Shown: positions 31,541 through 41,638 of the stretch, one piece after another | How the letters are laid out: each line of letters starts with the position of its first letter | Numbering within the stretch: the first letter of the stretch is position 1 | Assembly (NCBI GenBank): GCA_963754315.1 | Contig: CAVWFS010000010.1 | Span: 1 to 64,000, forward strand | Direction of reading: 5' to 3' | Origin: an uncultured Candidatus Rokubacteria bacterium | Lineage (GTDB): Bacteria; Methylomirabilota; Methylomirabilia; Rokubacteriales; CSP1-6 | Length of the DNA: 64,000 nucleotides | Made by a program: the position numbers and the translations under genes | Notes under the pieces: model-generated | What the model saw: only the letters and a program-made list of their open reading frames with translations | The model's database searches: none | What the model was told of the DNA's origin: nothing

Positions 31541-32467
31541 ATGGCGCTCCCGCGCGACGGCGACCGGCCAGTCATCGATTTTCATGTCCACGTCGGGCCC
31601 GAGGTGCTCGCCCGCCGCTATGACGTCGTGACGCTCGGAGACGAAGCAGCCGCGGCGGGCTTCGGGGCCGTGCTCAAGCACCATTCGATCGCGACCGCCC
31701 CCCTGGCCGCCCTCGCGCGCGCACGCGGCCTCGTGATGGCCGGCGGTCTCGTGCTGAACCACGGCGTCGGCGGCTTCAATCCGGCGGCGGTCGACGCGCT
31801 GGCCGAAGCCAATAAGGCACGGCCTGGGTCCGCGGTCGAGGACGGGGTCCGGGCCGTCGTGTGGATGCCGACCGTCCACGCCGAGAGTCATCTTCGTCTC
31901 AACGCGCGGCGCGACTTCGTCCCTGCGTGGGGCGTCGACCCCACCCGCTGCCGAGAGTATCCGCCGGGTGCCGGGCTTAGCATTTGGGAGGGCGGACCGG
32001 ACGAACCGGGGCCGCTCACGCCGACCGTGCGCGCGGTGCTCGAGCGCATCGCGGCCCACGACTTCGTGCTGGCCACCGGCCATCTGTCACGGGGAGAGGT
32101 GCTGGCCCTCGTCGGTGCCGCCGTCACGGCAGGGATTCGCCGCATCGTGGTGACCCATGCCTTCTACCAGGCGACTGGGCTCAGCATTGACGACCAGGTG
32201 GGGCTGGCTGCGCACCCGGCCGTCTGTCTCGAGTACTGCTGGAGCAACGTCGAGTTTGACCGGGTCCCGCTCGACCGTTACGTGGACGCAATCCGGGCTG
32301 TCGGCCCCAGCCGCGCGCTGCTTAGTTCGGACTTGGGTCAGCCGTCGACGGAGACCATTACCGCCGGCCTGGGCGCCTTCCGCGCAAGCCTCGTGGCCCG
32401 GGGCGTCCCCGAGGATCATGTCGCCGAGATGATGATCGCCAACCCCCACCGTCTGCTCGGACTGTGA
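31541..32467 (+). CDS. DUF6282-like protein (amidohydrolase/PHP-like fold)
   Basis: IDFHVHVGP, VLKHH, VWMPT, LATGHL, VTH, SSDLGQ. Confidence 0.75.
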   Translation: MALPRDGDRPVIDFHVHVGPEVLARRYDVVTLGDEAAAAGFGAVLKHHSIATAPLAALARARGLVMAGGLVLNHGVGGFNPAAVDALAEANKARPGSAVEDGVRAVVWMPTVHAESHLRLNARRDFVPAWGVDPTRCREYPPGAGLSIWEGGPDEPGPLTPTVRAVLERIAAHDFVLATGHLSRGEVLALVGAAVTAGIRRIVVTHAFYQATGLSIDDQVGLAAHPAVCLEYCWSNVEFDRVPLDRYVDAIRAVGPSRALLSSDLGQPSTETITAGLGAFRASLVARGVPEDHVAEMMIANPHRLLGL

Positions 32468-32489
32468 GCACGATGCATCGGATGGAGCC

Positions 32490-33809
32490 GTGGAGATGAG
32501 CGACAGCAAGAGCGCCGAACTTCTCGCGCAGGCCCGCCAGGTATTCGTCCGGAGCTTTGCCAGCGACTTCACATTGCCGGTCATCGCGCACGCCGAGGGC
32601 GCGACCATTACCGATGTCGATGACCGCCAGTACCTCGATTTCAGCTCCGGCCAGATGTGCGCCACCGTCGGCCACAATCATCCCCGCATTGCCCACGCCG
32701 TGCGCAGCGCCGCGGACCGCGCGCTCCACATCAACAGCGCGATGCTCAGCCCCGAGGTCGTAGCGCTGGGCCGACGGGTTGTCGAGCTCCTGCCGCGGCC
32801 CCTGGAAAAGGTCTTCTTCCTGTCGACCGGCGGCGAGTCCAACGAGGCGGCGCTCAAGATCGCCAAGAAGGTCACTGGGCGGTACGAGGTCGTGGGCCTT
32901 GCCCACTCGTTCCACGGATCGACGTCAGGGGCCGGCGCCTCCACGTTCATCCCGAGCCGTCGGACGGGCTACGGACCAACGTTGCCCGGGACGTTTGCGA
33001 TCCCGGTGCCCGACTGCTACCGCTGCCCGCTCGCCCTCACCTTCCCGTCCTGCGAGTACGCATGCGCGCGGGTAGGCTTCGATCTGGTCGACCGGCAATC
33101 CGTCGGCGCGCTGGCCGCCGTCATCGCCGAGCCTGTCCTCGGCACGGCCGGCTGCGTCGAGCCGCCGCCAGGATACTTCGGCGAGCTGCAGCGGCTGGCT
33201 CGCCAGCGCGAGATGCTGATGGTCTTTGACGAAGCTCAGACTGGCCTCGGCCGCACGGGTGATCTCTGGGGCAGCGACCGAGACGGGGTGGTCCCCGATC
33301 TCTTGACGATCTCCAAAACCCTCGGGGGCGGCATTCCGCTGGCGGCGACGGCCACGACGGCCGCCATCGAGGAGAAGGCGTACCGCGAAGGCTTCTTTTT
33401 CTTCACCTCGCACCTGAACGAGCCCCTGCCGGCGGCGGTTGGCCTGGCCGTGCTGGACGTCATCGCCGAGGAGAAGCTTGTCGACGCCGCCCGCCTCAAG
33501 GGCGCCTATTTGAAGAACGGTCTTCTGGCCCTCAAGGATCGCTACGAGATCATCGGCGATGTGCGCGGGCGCGGTTTGCTGATGGGGGTCGACTTTGTTA
33601 CGGATCGTCAGAGTAAGCGGCCGGCCGAGCGCGAGGCCGAGGCGATCACCCGCGAGTGCTTGCGACGGGGGCTCTTCCTGGCCGCCACCCGCCAGGCGGG
33701 CCGCTACTGGGTGTGGCGCGTGGCGCCGCCGCTGACCATCTCCCACGCCGAGATCGACCGCGCACTCGAGATCATCGACGCTGCGATTCGCACCGTGGGG
33801 GCCGGCTGA
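32490..33809 (+). CDS. Class III PLP aminotransferase, 2,2-dialkylglycine decarboxylase-like
   Basis: DFSSGQM, LSTGGESNEAA, DEAQTGLGRTG, SKTLGGG (PLP Lys), RVAPPL. Confidence 0.85.
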   Translation: MEMSDSKSAELLAQARQVFVRSFASDFTLPVIAHAEGATITDVDDRQYLDFSSGQMCATVGHNHPRIAHAVRSAADRALHINSAMLSPEVVALGRRVVELLPRPLEKVFFLSTGGESNEAALKIAKKVTGRYEVVGLAHSFHGSTSGAGASTFIPSRRTGYGPTLPGTFAIPVPDCYRCPLALTFPSCEYACARVGFDLVDRQSVGALAAVIAEPVLGTAGCVEPPPGYFGELQRLARQREMLMVFDEAQTGLGRTGDLWGSDRDGVVPDLLTISKTLGGGIPLAATATTAAIEEKAYREGFFFFTSHLNEPLPAAVGLAVLDVIAEEKLVDAARLKGAYLKNGLLALKDRYEIIGDVRGRGLLMGVDFVTDRQSKRPAEREAEAITRECLRRGLFLAATRQAGRYWVWRVAPPLTISHAEIDRALEIIDAAIRTVGAG

Positions 33810-33996
33810 GAGAGCCGCCCTTTGTCTGTCTCTGGGGGAAGGAGGGGGAGAAGGGCGGTCGACCGGCAGGATCCTAGGGGGGGAAGGACCCTCCAGGAGG
33901 AGGGCGGGGTTCGTACGAAGCTTAGGCCGCGTCGTCGTTCGCTTGTAGACGTAGAGCTGGCCGTCGGACCGACAGATCACCACTTGGAGGATCAAC

Positions 33997-36144
33997 ATGC
34001 ACAGGATAAGTGCGTTGTACCTGGGCGCGGCGCTCCTCGCCACTGCCGCACTCGTGACCGCTCCTGGCGGGCTCCCCGCTCAGCAGGCGGCGCAGGTGGC
34101 CATCGATAGCGACGATATCGGCGGCGTCGTGCGCAGCCCGAGGCCGGAAGCCGGGGTGTGGGTGATCGCGGAGACGACCGACCTTCCGACCAAGTACGCC
34201 AAAATGGTCGCTACCGACGACCAGGGGCGCTACGTCATTCCTGACCTGCCGGCAGCGAACTACAGCGTCTGGGTGCGCGGTTACGGGCTGGTGGATTCGC
34301 CCAAGGTGCGCGCAAAGCCCGGCGAGCAACTCAATCTTACCGCGATTCCGGCGCCGGACGAGCGGGCGGCGGCGCACTATTATCCGGCGATCTACTGGTA
34401 CACGATGATGAAGATGCCGCCGGCGAAGGATTTCGGTGGCACGAGCGACATCCCGAAGAACATCACCCAGGACATCTGGCGCCAGCGGATGAACAACGTC
34501 GACTGCATCGGCTGCCACCAGCTGGGTCAGGAAGCGACACGGACCATCCCGGCCCAGCTTGGCCAATTCAAGTCGGGGGCGGAAGCGTGGATGCGCCGCA
34601 TCGCCTCCGGGCAAACGGGCGAGCTCATGATGAACCGCATCGCCGTGCAGCTCGGTGGGGTGCCGGTCAAGTATCTCGGCGACTGGACCGACCGCATCGC
34701 CAAGGGCGAGCTGCCCAAGCACAAGCCGCCGCGGCCGCAGGGCGTCGAGCGCAACGTCGTCGTGACCTCGTGGGAATGGGGGACGGAGAAGCACTATCTG
34801 CACGACCTCATCTCCTCGGACCGGCGCTTCCCGACCGTCAATGCCTACGGTCCGCTCTACGGATCGCCCGAATACGCAACCGACGACATGCCGATCCTCG
34901 ATCCCAAGACGCACACGGTGACGTTCTTCAAGATGCCGGTCGCGGATCCCAACGCTCCCGAATCGCTCGGACCACCCTTGCATGGCTCAGCCGTCATGAA
35001 GCCGATGCAACCGTCGCCCTACTGGGGTGAGGAGAAAATCTGGAGCCAGCGGGCCAACAACCACAACGGCATGTTCGACAGGAAGGGCCGGGTGTGGTTT
35101 GCCGCGGCCGTACGCGGCATCGAGAATCCTGCCTTCTGCCGGAAGGGCTCGGATCATCCCTCGGCCAAGGTGTTCCCGCTCGACCGATCGGGACGCCAGG
35201 TGTCGATCCTCGATCCCAAGACAATGAAGTACAGCTTCGTCGACACTTGCTTCGGCACCCATCACCCGCAGTTCGGCTATGACGCCGACGACACGCTGTG
35301 GCTCTCGGGCACCGGCCCGGTGGCCGGCTGGGTCAACACCAAGGCGTTGGACGAGACCGGCGATGCGGTGAAGGCGCAGGGTTGGCACCCGTTCGTGCTC
35401 GACACCAACGGCAACGGCAAGGTCGACGAATGGACCGAGCCGGGCCAGCCCGCGCAAGGGGGCAAGGACATGCGGATCGCGGGCTCGGGTCCCTACGCCG
35501 TGATGCCACATCGCACCGACGGCTCGGTCTGGTACACCTTCAACGTATTCGCCGGCGTCCCCGGCTTCGTGCGCTTCGACCCCAAGACCAACCTCTCCGA
35601 GTTCTACGCCATTCCGGAGGAAGGCATCGGGGTGCGCGGCGGCGACATCGACAAGAACGGCGTGCTGTGGGGGTCGGGCTCGAACGGCAGCCTGATCAGC
35701 TTCGACAGGCGTAAGTGTAAGGGGCCGCTCAATGGACCCACGGCGACCGGCAACCACTGCCCCGAAGGGTTTGCGTTCCACAAGTATCCGGGCCCGGGTT
35801 TTGACGGCTTCGAGAACACCAGCGCCGAGGCGAGCTATTACACCTGGGTCGATCACCACAACACGGTGGGCCTGGGCGACAATATTCCGATCTCGACCGC
35901 CAACCTCCAGGACGGCTTTGTGGCCTTCAAGGACGGGCGGATGATCCTGATGCGGGTGCCCTACCCGATGGGCTTCTACGCCAAGGGTCTGGACGGGCGC
36001 ATCGATGATGCAAACGCCGGCTGGAAGGGCCGCGGGCTCTGGAGTACGAGCGGCGACCGCACGCCGTGGCTGATGGAAGGCGGCAAGGGCGCAAAGCCCC
36101 GTGCCGTGCACATTCAGGTGCGGCCCGATCCGCTGGCGAAGTGA
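33997..36144 (+). CDS. Secreted protein with carboxypeptidase-regulatory-like domain, CxxCH motif and probable beta-propeller
   Basis: Signal peptide; TDDQGRYVIPDLPAANYSVWVRGYGL; CIGCH. Confidence 0.85.
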   Translation: MHRISALYLGAALLATAALVTAPGGLPAQQAAQVAIDSDDIGGVVRSPRPEAGVWVIAETTDLPTKYAKMVATDDQGRYVIPDLPAANYSVWVRGYGLVDSPKVRAKPGEQLNLTAIPAPDERAAAHYYPAIYWYTMMKMPPAKDFGGTSDIPKNITQDIWRQRMNNVDCIGCHQLGQEATRTIPAQLGQFKSGAEAWMRRIASGQTGELMMNRIAVQLGGVPVKYLGDWTDRIAKGELPKHKPPRPQGVERNVVVTSWEWGTEKHYLHDLISSDRRFPTVNAYGPLYGSPEYATDDMPILDPKTHTVTFFKMPVADPNAPESLGPPLHGSAVMKPMQPSPYWGEEKIWSQRANNHNGMFDRKGRVWFAAAVRGIENPAFCRKGSDHPSAKVFPLDRSGRQVSILDPKTMKYSFVDTCFGTHHPQFGYDADDTLWLSGTGPVAGWVNTKALDETGDAVKAQGWHPFVLDTNGNGKVDEWTEPGQPAQGGKDMRIAGSGPYAVMPHRTDGSVWYTFNVFAGVPGFVRFDPKTNLSEFYAIPEEGIGVRGGDIDKNGVLWGSGSNGSLISFDRRKCKGPLNGPTATGNHCPEGFAFHKYPGPGFDGFENTSAEASYYTWVDHHNTVGLGDNIPISTANLQDGFVAFKDGRMILMRVPYPMGFYAKGLDGRIDDANAGWKGRGLWSTSGDRTPWLMEGGKGAKPRAVHIQVRPDPLAK

Positions 36145-36177
36145 GGTCAGGAGGGGGCTCCGAGGCCCCCCGATGAT

Positions 36178-36436
36178 CTAGCGCCCGGTATAGGCCCCCG
36201 CCTGGATCAGCGGCGCGAGCCGCACGGCCGGGTCGAGCGGGTTGTTCTGGCGAGCGGCCCGACGTGTGAAATTCACCAACGTACTGTGGCCGAACGAGCC
36301 CTTCACCCCGCGCGGGATCATCACCGGCCGTCGTGTCGAGGGCGACCAGACGCGCGCCGAGGTCACGGTCTTCTGTGAGAAAGCGGACGGAACCAAGGTC
36401 ATCGTGGCCAACGCGAGCGCCCTCGAAGGCTCTTGA
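36178..36436. pseudogene. Back-to-back 3' remnants of two divergent genes (right one MaoC/hotdog-like)
   Basis: Plus strand VKFTNVLWPNEPF..AEVTVFCEKADGTKVIVANASA*; minus strand ..NNPLDPAVRLAPLIQAGAYTGR*. Confidence 0.55.
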
Positions 36437-36466
36437 CGCGGTAACGGCGAGCGCAGACTCCTCCGC

Positions 36467-37729
36467 TCAGGCCGCCCCTCGGCCCAGGCGCCGGGGAAGA
36501 AACGCCGTCAGGAGCCCCAACGAGAGCAGGAACGGGGTCAGCCGGTACACCGTCGAAATACTGGTGAGGTCGGCCAGTCGCCCCAGGGCCGCGGCCCCCA
36601 GCCCGGCGAGACCGAACGCGAGGCCGTAGAACATGCCGGCGGTTAGGCCCACCCGACCGGGCAGCAGATCCTGGGCGTAGACGAGGATAGCCGAGAAGGA
36701 CGAGGCCATGATCATGGCGATCAGCACGGCCAGGACGCCCGTCCAGAAGAGGTTGGCGTAGGGCAGGATCAGCGCGAAGGGCAAGGCCCCCAGGATCGAG
36801 AACCACATCACGGGAATGCGTCCAACCCGATCGCCGACGGCCCCGCCGGCGATGGTGCCAGCCACGATGCCGACCAGGAAGGCGAAGAGGTACAGCTGGG
36901 CAGTCTGCACCGGGAGGTGGAACCGGTCCATCAGATAGAGCGTGTAGTACGAGCTGAGGCTGGCGCTGTAGACGTTCTTCGAGAACAGCAGGGCCACCAG
37001 GACGCCCACCGCCGTCGCCACCCGCCAGCGGGGCAGCGCGCTCTCTCGCGGCGTCGCCACCCCGGTCCGGGCCGGAGTCGACGCCAGGCGGCTCGGCCCA
37101 CGATGGCGCGCGTACCAGCCCGCCACCTGCAGCAGCACCACCATGGCCACCAGCGCGGCCAGGGCGAACCAGGCGATGCTCGACTGGCCGCGCGGCACTA
37201 CCACGAAGGCCGCGATCAACGGGCCCGAGGCCGAGCCCACGTTGCCACCCACCTGGAAGAGCGACTGGGCGAGGCCGTACCGTCCGCCGGCTGCCATGCG
37301 GGCCACCCGCGACGCTTCGGGGTGGAACACCGACGAGCCAATTCCGATCAACGCTGCTGCCACCAGGATTGCTGGATAGGAGGCCGCCCGCGACATCGCC
37401 ACCAGCCCCACCAGCGTGAACCCGATGCCGACCGTCAGCGAGTAGGGCTGAGGGCGTCGGTCGGTATAGAAGCCCACCACGGGCTGGAGTATCGAGGCCG
37501 TGCACTGGACGGTCAGGGTGATTACGCCGATCTGGGCGAAGCTGAGACCATACGACGTTTTCAGGATGGGATAGAGCGCGGGCACCAGCGACTGCATCAG
37601 GTCGTTGAGCAGGTGACAGAAGCTCAGCGACAAGATGATGGAGAAGGTCGTGACCTCGGCGATGGTGCGATGGTGTACGGCGGCGCTCGGGTGGGAAACT
37701 CCTGTGGTGGCTTGCGCGCGATTGCTCAC
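36467..37729 (-). CDS. fsr: MFS transporter, fosmidomycin-resistance (Fsr) family
   Basis: HLLNDLMQS, FHPEASRVARMAAGGRYGLAQSLFQVGGN, SAILVYAQ. Confidence 0.88.
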   Translation of the reverse strand: MSNRAQATTGVSHPSAAVHHRTIAEVTTFSIILSLSFCHLLNDLMQSLVPALYPILKTSYGLSFAQIGVITLTVQCTASILQPVVGFYTDRRPQPYSLTVGIGFTLVGLVAMSRAASYPAILVAAALIGIGSSVFHPEASRVARMAAGGRYGLAQSLFQVGGNVGSASGPLIAAFVVVPRGQSSIAWFALAALVAMVVLLQVAGWYARHRGPSRLASTPARTGVATPRESALPRWRVATAVGVLVALLFSKNVYSASLSSYYTLYLMDRFHLPVQTAQLYLFAFLVGIVAGTIAGGAVGDRVGRIPVMWFSILGALPFALILPYANLFWTGVLAVLIAMIMASSFSAILVYAQDLLPGRVGLTAGMFYGLAFGLAGLGAAALGRLADLTSISTVYRLTPFLLSLGLLTAFLPRRLGRGAA

Positions 37730-37768
37730 CGAGCCAGGATACCAGCCCTCGTCTCGGGTCGTAGGGCA

Positions 37769-39565
37769 CTACGCCTTGTACCAGTACGGCAAGCGCCAGA
37801 AGGTGGTATCCCAGCCCGAGAGATCCATACCCTGGAGCCGGAGCGACGACGCCGACACACCGTTCCTCCACAGCGCCGGAATGACCACCACGTGCTGGGT
37901 CAGGAGGTCATTCATCCTGATGAAAAAGGCAGCGCGCTTCACGGGATCCAGCTCAGCATCGGCCGCCTCGTAGATCCGGTCGTACTCGTCGTTGCGCCAG
38001 CGGGTGACATTGCGCCCTTGCCACTTGTTCGCCCTGGAGGCGACTTCCGACGAGAGGAACGCGCGCATGAACCAGGCGGGATCAGGGGCGGTGGGGCTCA
38101 CCGTGTACATCTGGAGGTCCGCGTAGAAATGAGGGTAGTTGTCAGGATTGGCGGCATCCGAGCCAAAGAAGACGGAGGCCACGACAGACTTGATCTCGAT
38201 CTCGATGCCGGCCTTGGCGCAGGCCTGCTTCACGATGGCCTGGGTCTTCTGGCGGGGCGCGTTGGTGGCCGTCTGGAAGAGGAGTTTCAGCTTCTTACCG
38301 TCCTTGGCGCGAAGCCCGTCGGCTCCGCGCCTCCAGCCGGCAGCCTCGAGGATCGCGTTGGCCTTGTCGACATTGAACTCCCACCGCGTGTGCTCCGAGC
38401 GGAAGCGCGCCGGGGCATTGAGGAAGTTGGCAGTGGTCTGGCCCTGGCGGCCGTAGATCTGCTCCTGCACCGCGGCTCGATCCACCAAGAGATTGAGGGC
38501 CTGCCGGACGGCGGCATCGGAGAGGAGCGGATGCGTCGTTTTGATGCTGGAGCGCTCGCCGTCGACCTCGGTCCAGGGGTCGGTGAAGTTGCACTGCACG
38601 TGCTCGATGCCGCCAGTGACCCAAAGGTTGACACGCCCTTTTCCCGACTGCTCCAGGCGAAGCAGGATGTCGTCCTCAACCTGCATGTTCCAGGCGTAGT
38701 CGAACTCCCCCGTCTGGAGCACGGCTCGTGCTGCGGACACGGCGTCGCCGCCGCCTTTCATCTCCAGCGAATCGAAGAAGGGCCGATTGGGCACGTGGTA
38801 GTTTGAGTTCAGCTCGCCGCGCACGATGTCGCCGGGCTTGAAGTCCACGAAGCGATACGACCCGGTGCCGACGGGTTTGAGGTTGGCGGGAGCCTCACGC
38901 GACTTCGCGCCCGTGAACGGCTCGAAGACGTGCTTCGGGATGACTTGCCCGCGGTTGCCGCAGAAGGCGTCGGCCCAGAAGGGCTGGGGCTTCTTGAAGA
39001 CCACCTTGACGGTGTGGCTATCGAGCTTGTCGACCCGGCTGATCTCGCGGTACGAGCCGCTGGTCACGGCGGCGGTGGCGGGGTCGGAGACATAGTCATA
39101 GTTGAAGACCACATCGTCGGCGGTAAAGGGCTTGCCGTCGTGCCAGGTCACGTTGCGCTTGAGGCGCCAGGTCACCGAGGCGAGGTCCTTGGCCAGCAGG
39201 CCGTTCTGCACGCTCGGGACCTCCGCCGCGAGCACCGGCGTCAGATTGCCCTCGGGATCGTAGGCGGCGAGCGGCTCGTAGAAGATGCGGCAGGCGTCGA
39301 TGTCCTTGGTGCCCGTCGCGAAATGTGGATTGAGCAAGGTTGGCGCCTGCCACCACAGGACACGGAGGGGACCGCCGCCTCCTCGCCGGGTTGGCGTGAA
39401 GGTCGGTGCCTTGGGCTGAGCGTGAGCCACTCCTGACGAGGCCAGCATCTGAACGGCGAGGGGGGCGGTGAGGCCAAGCCCCACGATGGACTGCACGAAG
39501 GCGCGCCGGGTGGCGCGGCCCGCCTTGACGTCGGCGATCATATCGCGAAGGACATGCTCGTCCAT
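37769..39565 (-). CDS. Family-5 peptide ABC substrate-binding protein
   Basis: TRRAFV Tat-like motif, WWQAPTLLNPHFATGTKD, PVGTG; SD GGAGGT. Confidence 0.92.
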   Translation of the reverse strand: MDEHVLRDMIADVKAGRATRRAFVQSIVGLGLTAPLAVQMLASSGVAHAQPKAPTFTPTRRGGGGPLRVLWWQAPTLLNPHFATGTKDIDACRIFYEPLAAYDPEGNLTPVLAAEVPSVQNGLLAKDLASVTWRLKRNVTWHDGKPFTADDVVFNYDYVSDPATAAVTSGSYREISRVDKLDSHTVKVVFKKPQPFWADAFCGNRGQVIPKHVFEPFTGAKSREAPANLKPVGTGSYRFVDFKPGDIVRGELNSNYHVPNRPFFDSLEMKGGGDAVSAARAVLQTGEFDYAWNMQVEDDILLRLEQSGKGRVNLWVTGGIEHVQCNFTDPWTEVDGERSSIKTTHPLLSDAAVRQALNLLVDRAAVQEQIYGRQGQTTANFLNAPARFRSEHTRWEFNVDKANAILEAAGWRRGADGLRAKDGKKLKLLFQTATNAPRQKTQAIVKQACAKAGIEIEIKSVVASVFFGSDAANPDNYPHFYADLQMYTVSPTAPDPAWFMRAFLSSEVASRANKWQGRNVTRWRNDEYDRIYEAADAELDPVKRAAFFIRMNDLLTQHVVVIPALWRNGVSASSLRLQGMDLSGWDTTFWRLPYWYKA

Positions 39566-39594
39566 GGCAACCTCCATTGGCTGTCGCAACGTGG

Positions 39595-41532
39595 TCAGCC
39601 GCCCGGCGGACTACCGGGCGGAAGCAACCCGTCAAGGGTATCCTGCACTGCGCGGCTGAGCGCTTCTGGCGTGAAAGGCTTGGCGAGGAACGCCGCCCCC
39701 GAGCCGGGTACTCCGTGATCGGCGAGGACATCGTCGGTGTAGCCTGACATGTAGAGCACTCGCATGTATGGCTGGCCGCGCGTGAGACGATCCGCAAGCT
39801 CTGGGCCACTCAGCTCGGGCATGATGACGTCGGTGAGCAGAAGGTCGATCTCGTCGTGGTTTTGTTCAGCCAGGGCCTGGGCCTCGGCGGGCGTGGCCGC
39901 CGCCAGCACGCGATAGCCACATCTGACAAGGGCTTCCTTGGCGAGATCGCGAACGGCGGGCTCGTCCTCCACTAACAAGATGCGAGCCGAGCCGCCAGCG
40001 AACGGCCGTGGCCGTTCGATCTCCTCGAACTCTACGGCGTCTGGTCGCAGCGGTAGATAGACCTTGACCGTGGTGCCCTGGCCCGGCGCGCTGGTCACCG
40101 CAATGTCGCCCCCGTGCTGCTTCACGATTCCGTAGACGGTCGCGAGGCCTAGCCCGTTGCCCTTACCAACGGCCTTGGTGGTGAAGAAGGGCTCGAACAG
40201 GTGGGCTTGGACATCGGCGCTCATTCCACAGCCGGTGTCGCTGACCTCGAGCACCCCACGGGGATCCTCGCTCTGCGTCGCGATCGTGATCCGTCCGCCC
40301 CGGGACGTCGCATCCCGCGAGTTCAGCACGAGGTTGATGATGACCTGTTCGATCTGGGTGGGATCGCTCTTCACCAGTACCGGTCTGAGATCAAGGGCTG
40401 TGACGAGATCGAGCGTTTCCCCCACCAGCGGTCGGAGGAGCTCCACCATCCCTGCCACGACCCGGTTCAAGTCCACCACACGTTGCTGGAGGACCTGCTT
40501 GCGGCTGAAGGCGAGAAGCTGCCGGGTGAGGGTGGCCGCGCGCTCGCCGGCCTTCGCGATGAGCGCGAGATTGTCGGAGCCGGCATGGGACGACGGGAGC
40601 ACACCAGTGAGCAGTTCGGTGCGGCCGATGATGACGGTGAGGAGGTTGTTGAACTCGTGCGCGATCCCTCCCGCAAGCCGGCCGATGCCTTCGATCCGCT
40701 GGGAGCGCTGGAGCTGCTCCTCTTGCTGGCGCACCGTCGCTTCGGCTCGGCGGCGCTCGGTGATATCGACCAGCGTGCCGAGGATGGCCGGCGCTCCTTC
40801 CCACGACACGACGGAGGGCTGAATCTCGATCCAGAGGCGTACGCCGTCCGGGCGCAGGATCTGGATCTCGTATCGTGGTGGCGCGGGCTCTCCCCGCAGC
40901 CGGGCTGCGGCAAACCGTTCGGCGAGCCGTACATGGTCCGGCTCGATGAAGCGCCGGACGTCGAGCCCGATCAGCTCGGCTGGACTTGCGTATCCGAGCA
41001 TGGTTGCGAAGGCGGAATTGGCAAAGAGGACGATCCAGTCCCGCTGGACGACAATCCCCTGAATCGATCCCTCGATCAACAACCGATAGCGCTCCTCGCT
41101 CGCCCGAAGAAGAGCCTCCGCTCGCTTGCGTTCGGTGATGTCCAGGATGGTCCCCACGAGCCCGCCGAGCGCTCCGTCGGGTCCGAGGAACGTCGCCTTG
41201 TAGAAGGTGACGTCGCGGCGGACGCCGTCCGCGTACGCCACATTCGTTTCGTAGGTCTGGACGCCTGGCTTATCGAACAGTGCCTGGTCGGCGCGATAGT
41301 AAACGTCGGCAAGATCTCTGGGCGAGATGTCGTAGACCGACTTTCCGACGATCTGCTCCCGGGAAAGCCCGAGATACTGCTCGAAGGCGACATTGCAGCC
41401 GAGGTAGATCCCTTTGGCGTCCTTGTAGAAAATCGGGGCGGGGATCGCGTCGAGCAGCACCTGCAGTGAGCGGAGCTGTGCGCGGAGCGCCTCCGTGGAG
41501 CGTACCGTCCGCTTCTTTTCTGGCCGCGCCAT
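39595..41532 (-). CDS. Cytoplasmic hybrid histidine kinase (2 PAS, HisKA, HATPase, REC)
   Basis: GGIAHEFNNLL, FEPFFTTK, GLGL, LLVEDE..LLTDVIMP. Confidence 0.95.
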   Translation of the reverse strand: MARPEKKRTVRSTEALRAQLRSLQVLLDAIPAPIFYKDAKGIYLGCNVAFEQYLGLSREQIVGKSVYDISPRDLADVYYRADQALFDKPGVQTYETNVAYADGVRRDVTFYKATFLGPDGALGGLVGTILDITERKRAEALLRASEERYRLLIEGSIQGIVVQRDWIVLFANSAFATMLGYASPAELIGLDVRRFIEPDHVRLAERFAAARLRGEPAPPRYEIQILRPDGVRLWIEIQPSVVSWEGAPAILGTLVDITERRRAEATVRQQEEQLQRSQRIEGIGRLAGGIAHEFNNLLTVIIGRTELLTGVLPSSHAGSDNLALIAKAGERAATLTRQLLAFSRKQVLQQRVVDLNRVVAGMVELLRPLVGETLDLVTALDLRPVLVKSDPTQIEQVIINLVLNSRDATSRGGRITIATQSEDPRGVLEVSDTGCGMSADVQAHLFEPFFTTKAVGKGNGLGLATVYGIVKQHGGDIAVTSAPGQGTTVKVYLPLRPDAVEFEEIERPRPFAGGSARILLVEDEPAVRDLAKEALVRCGYRVLAAATPAEAQALAEQNHDEIDLLLTDVIMPELSGPELADRLTRGQPYMRVLYMSGYTDDVLADHGVPGSGAAFLAKPFTPEALSRAVQDTLDGLLPPGSPPGG

Positions 41533-41638
41533 CTGTATCGTTCCCTCTCCCGAGGGAGTACGGAACCCGAGGTCCTCCGCCGTGGATCGTCAGGGTGAGC
41601 GCCTGCTCGGCCGATGGTGCCCCGGCCTGGGGAGCCCG

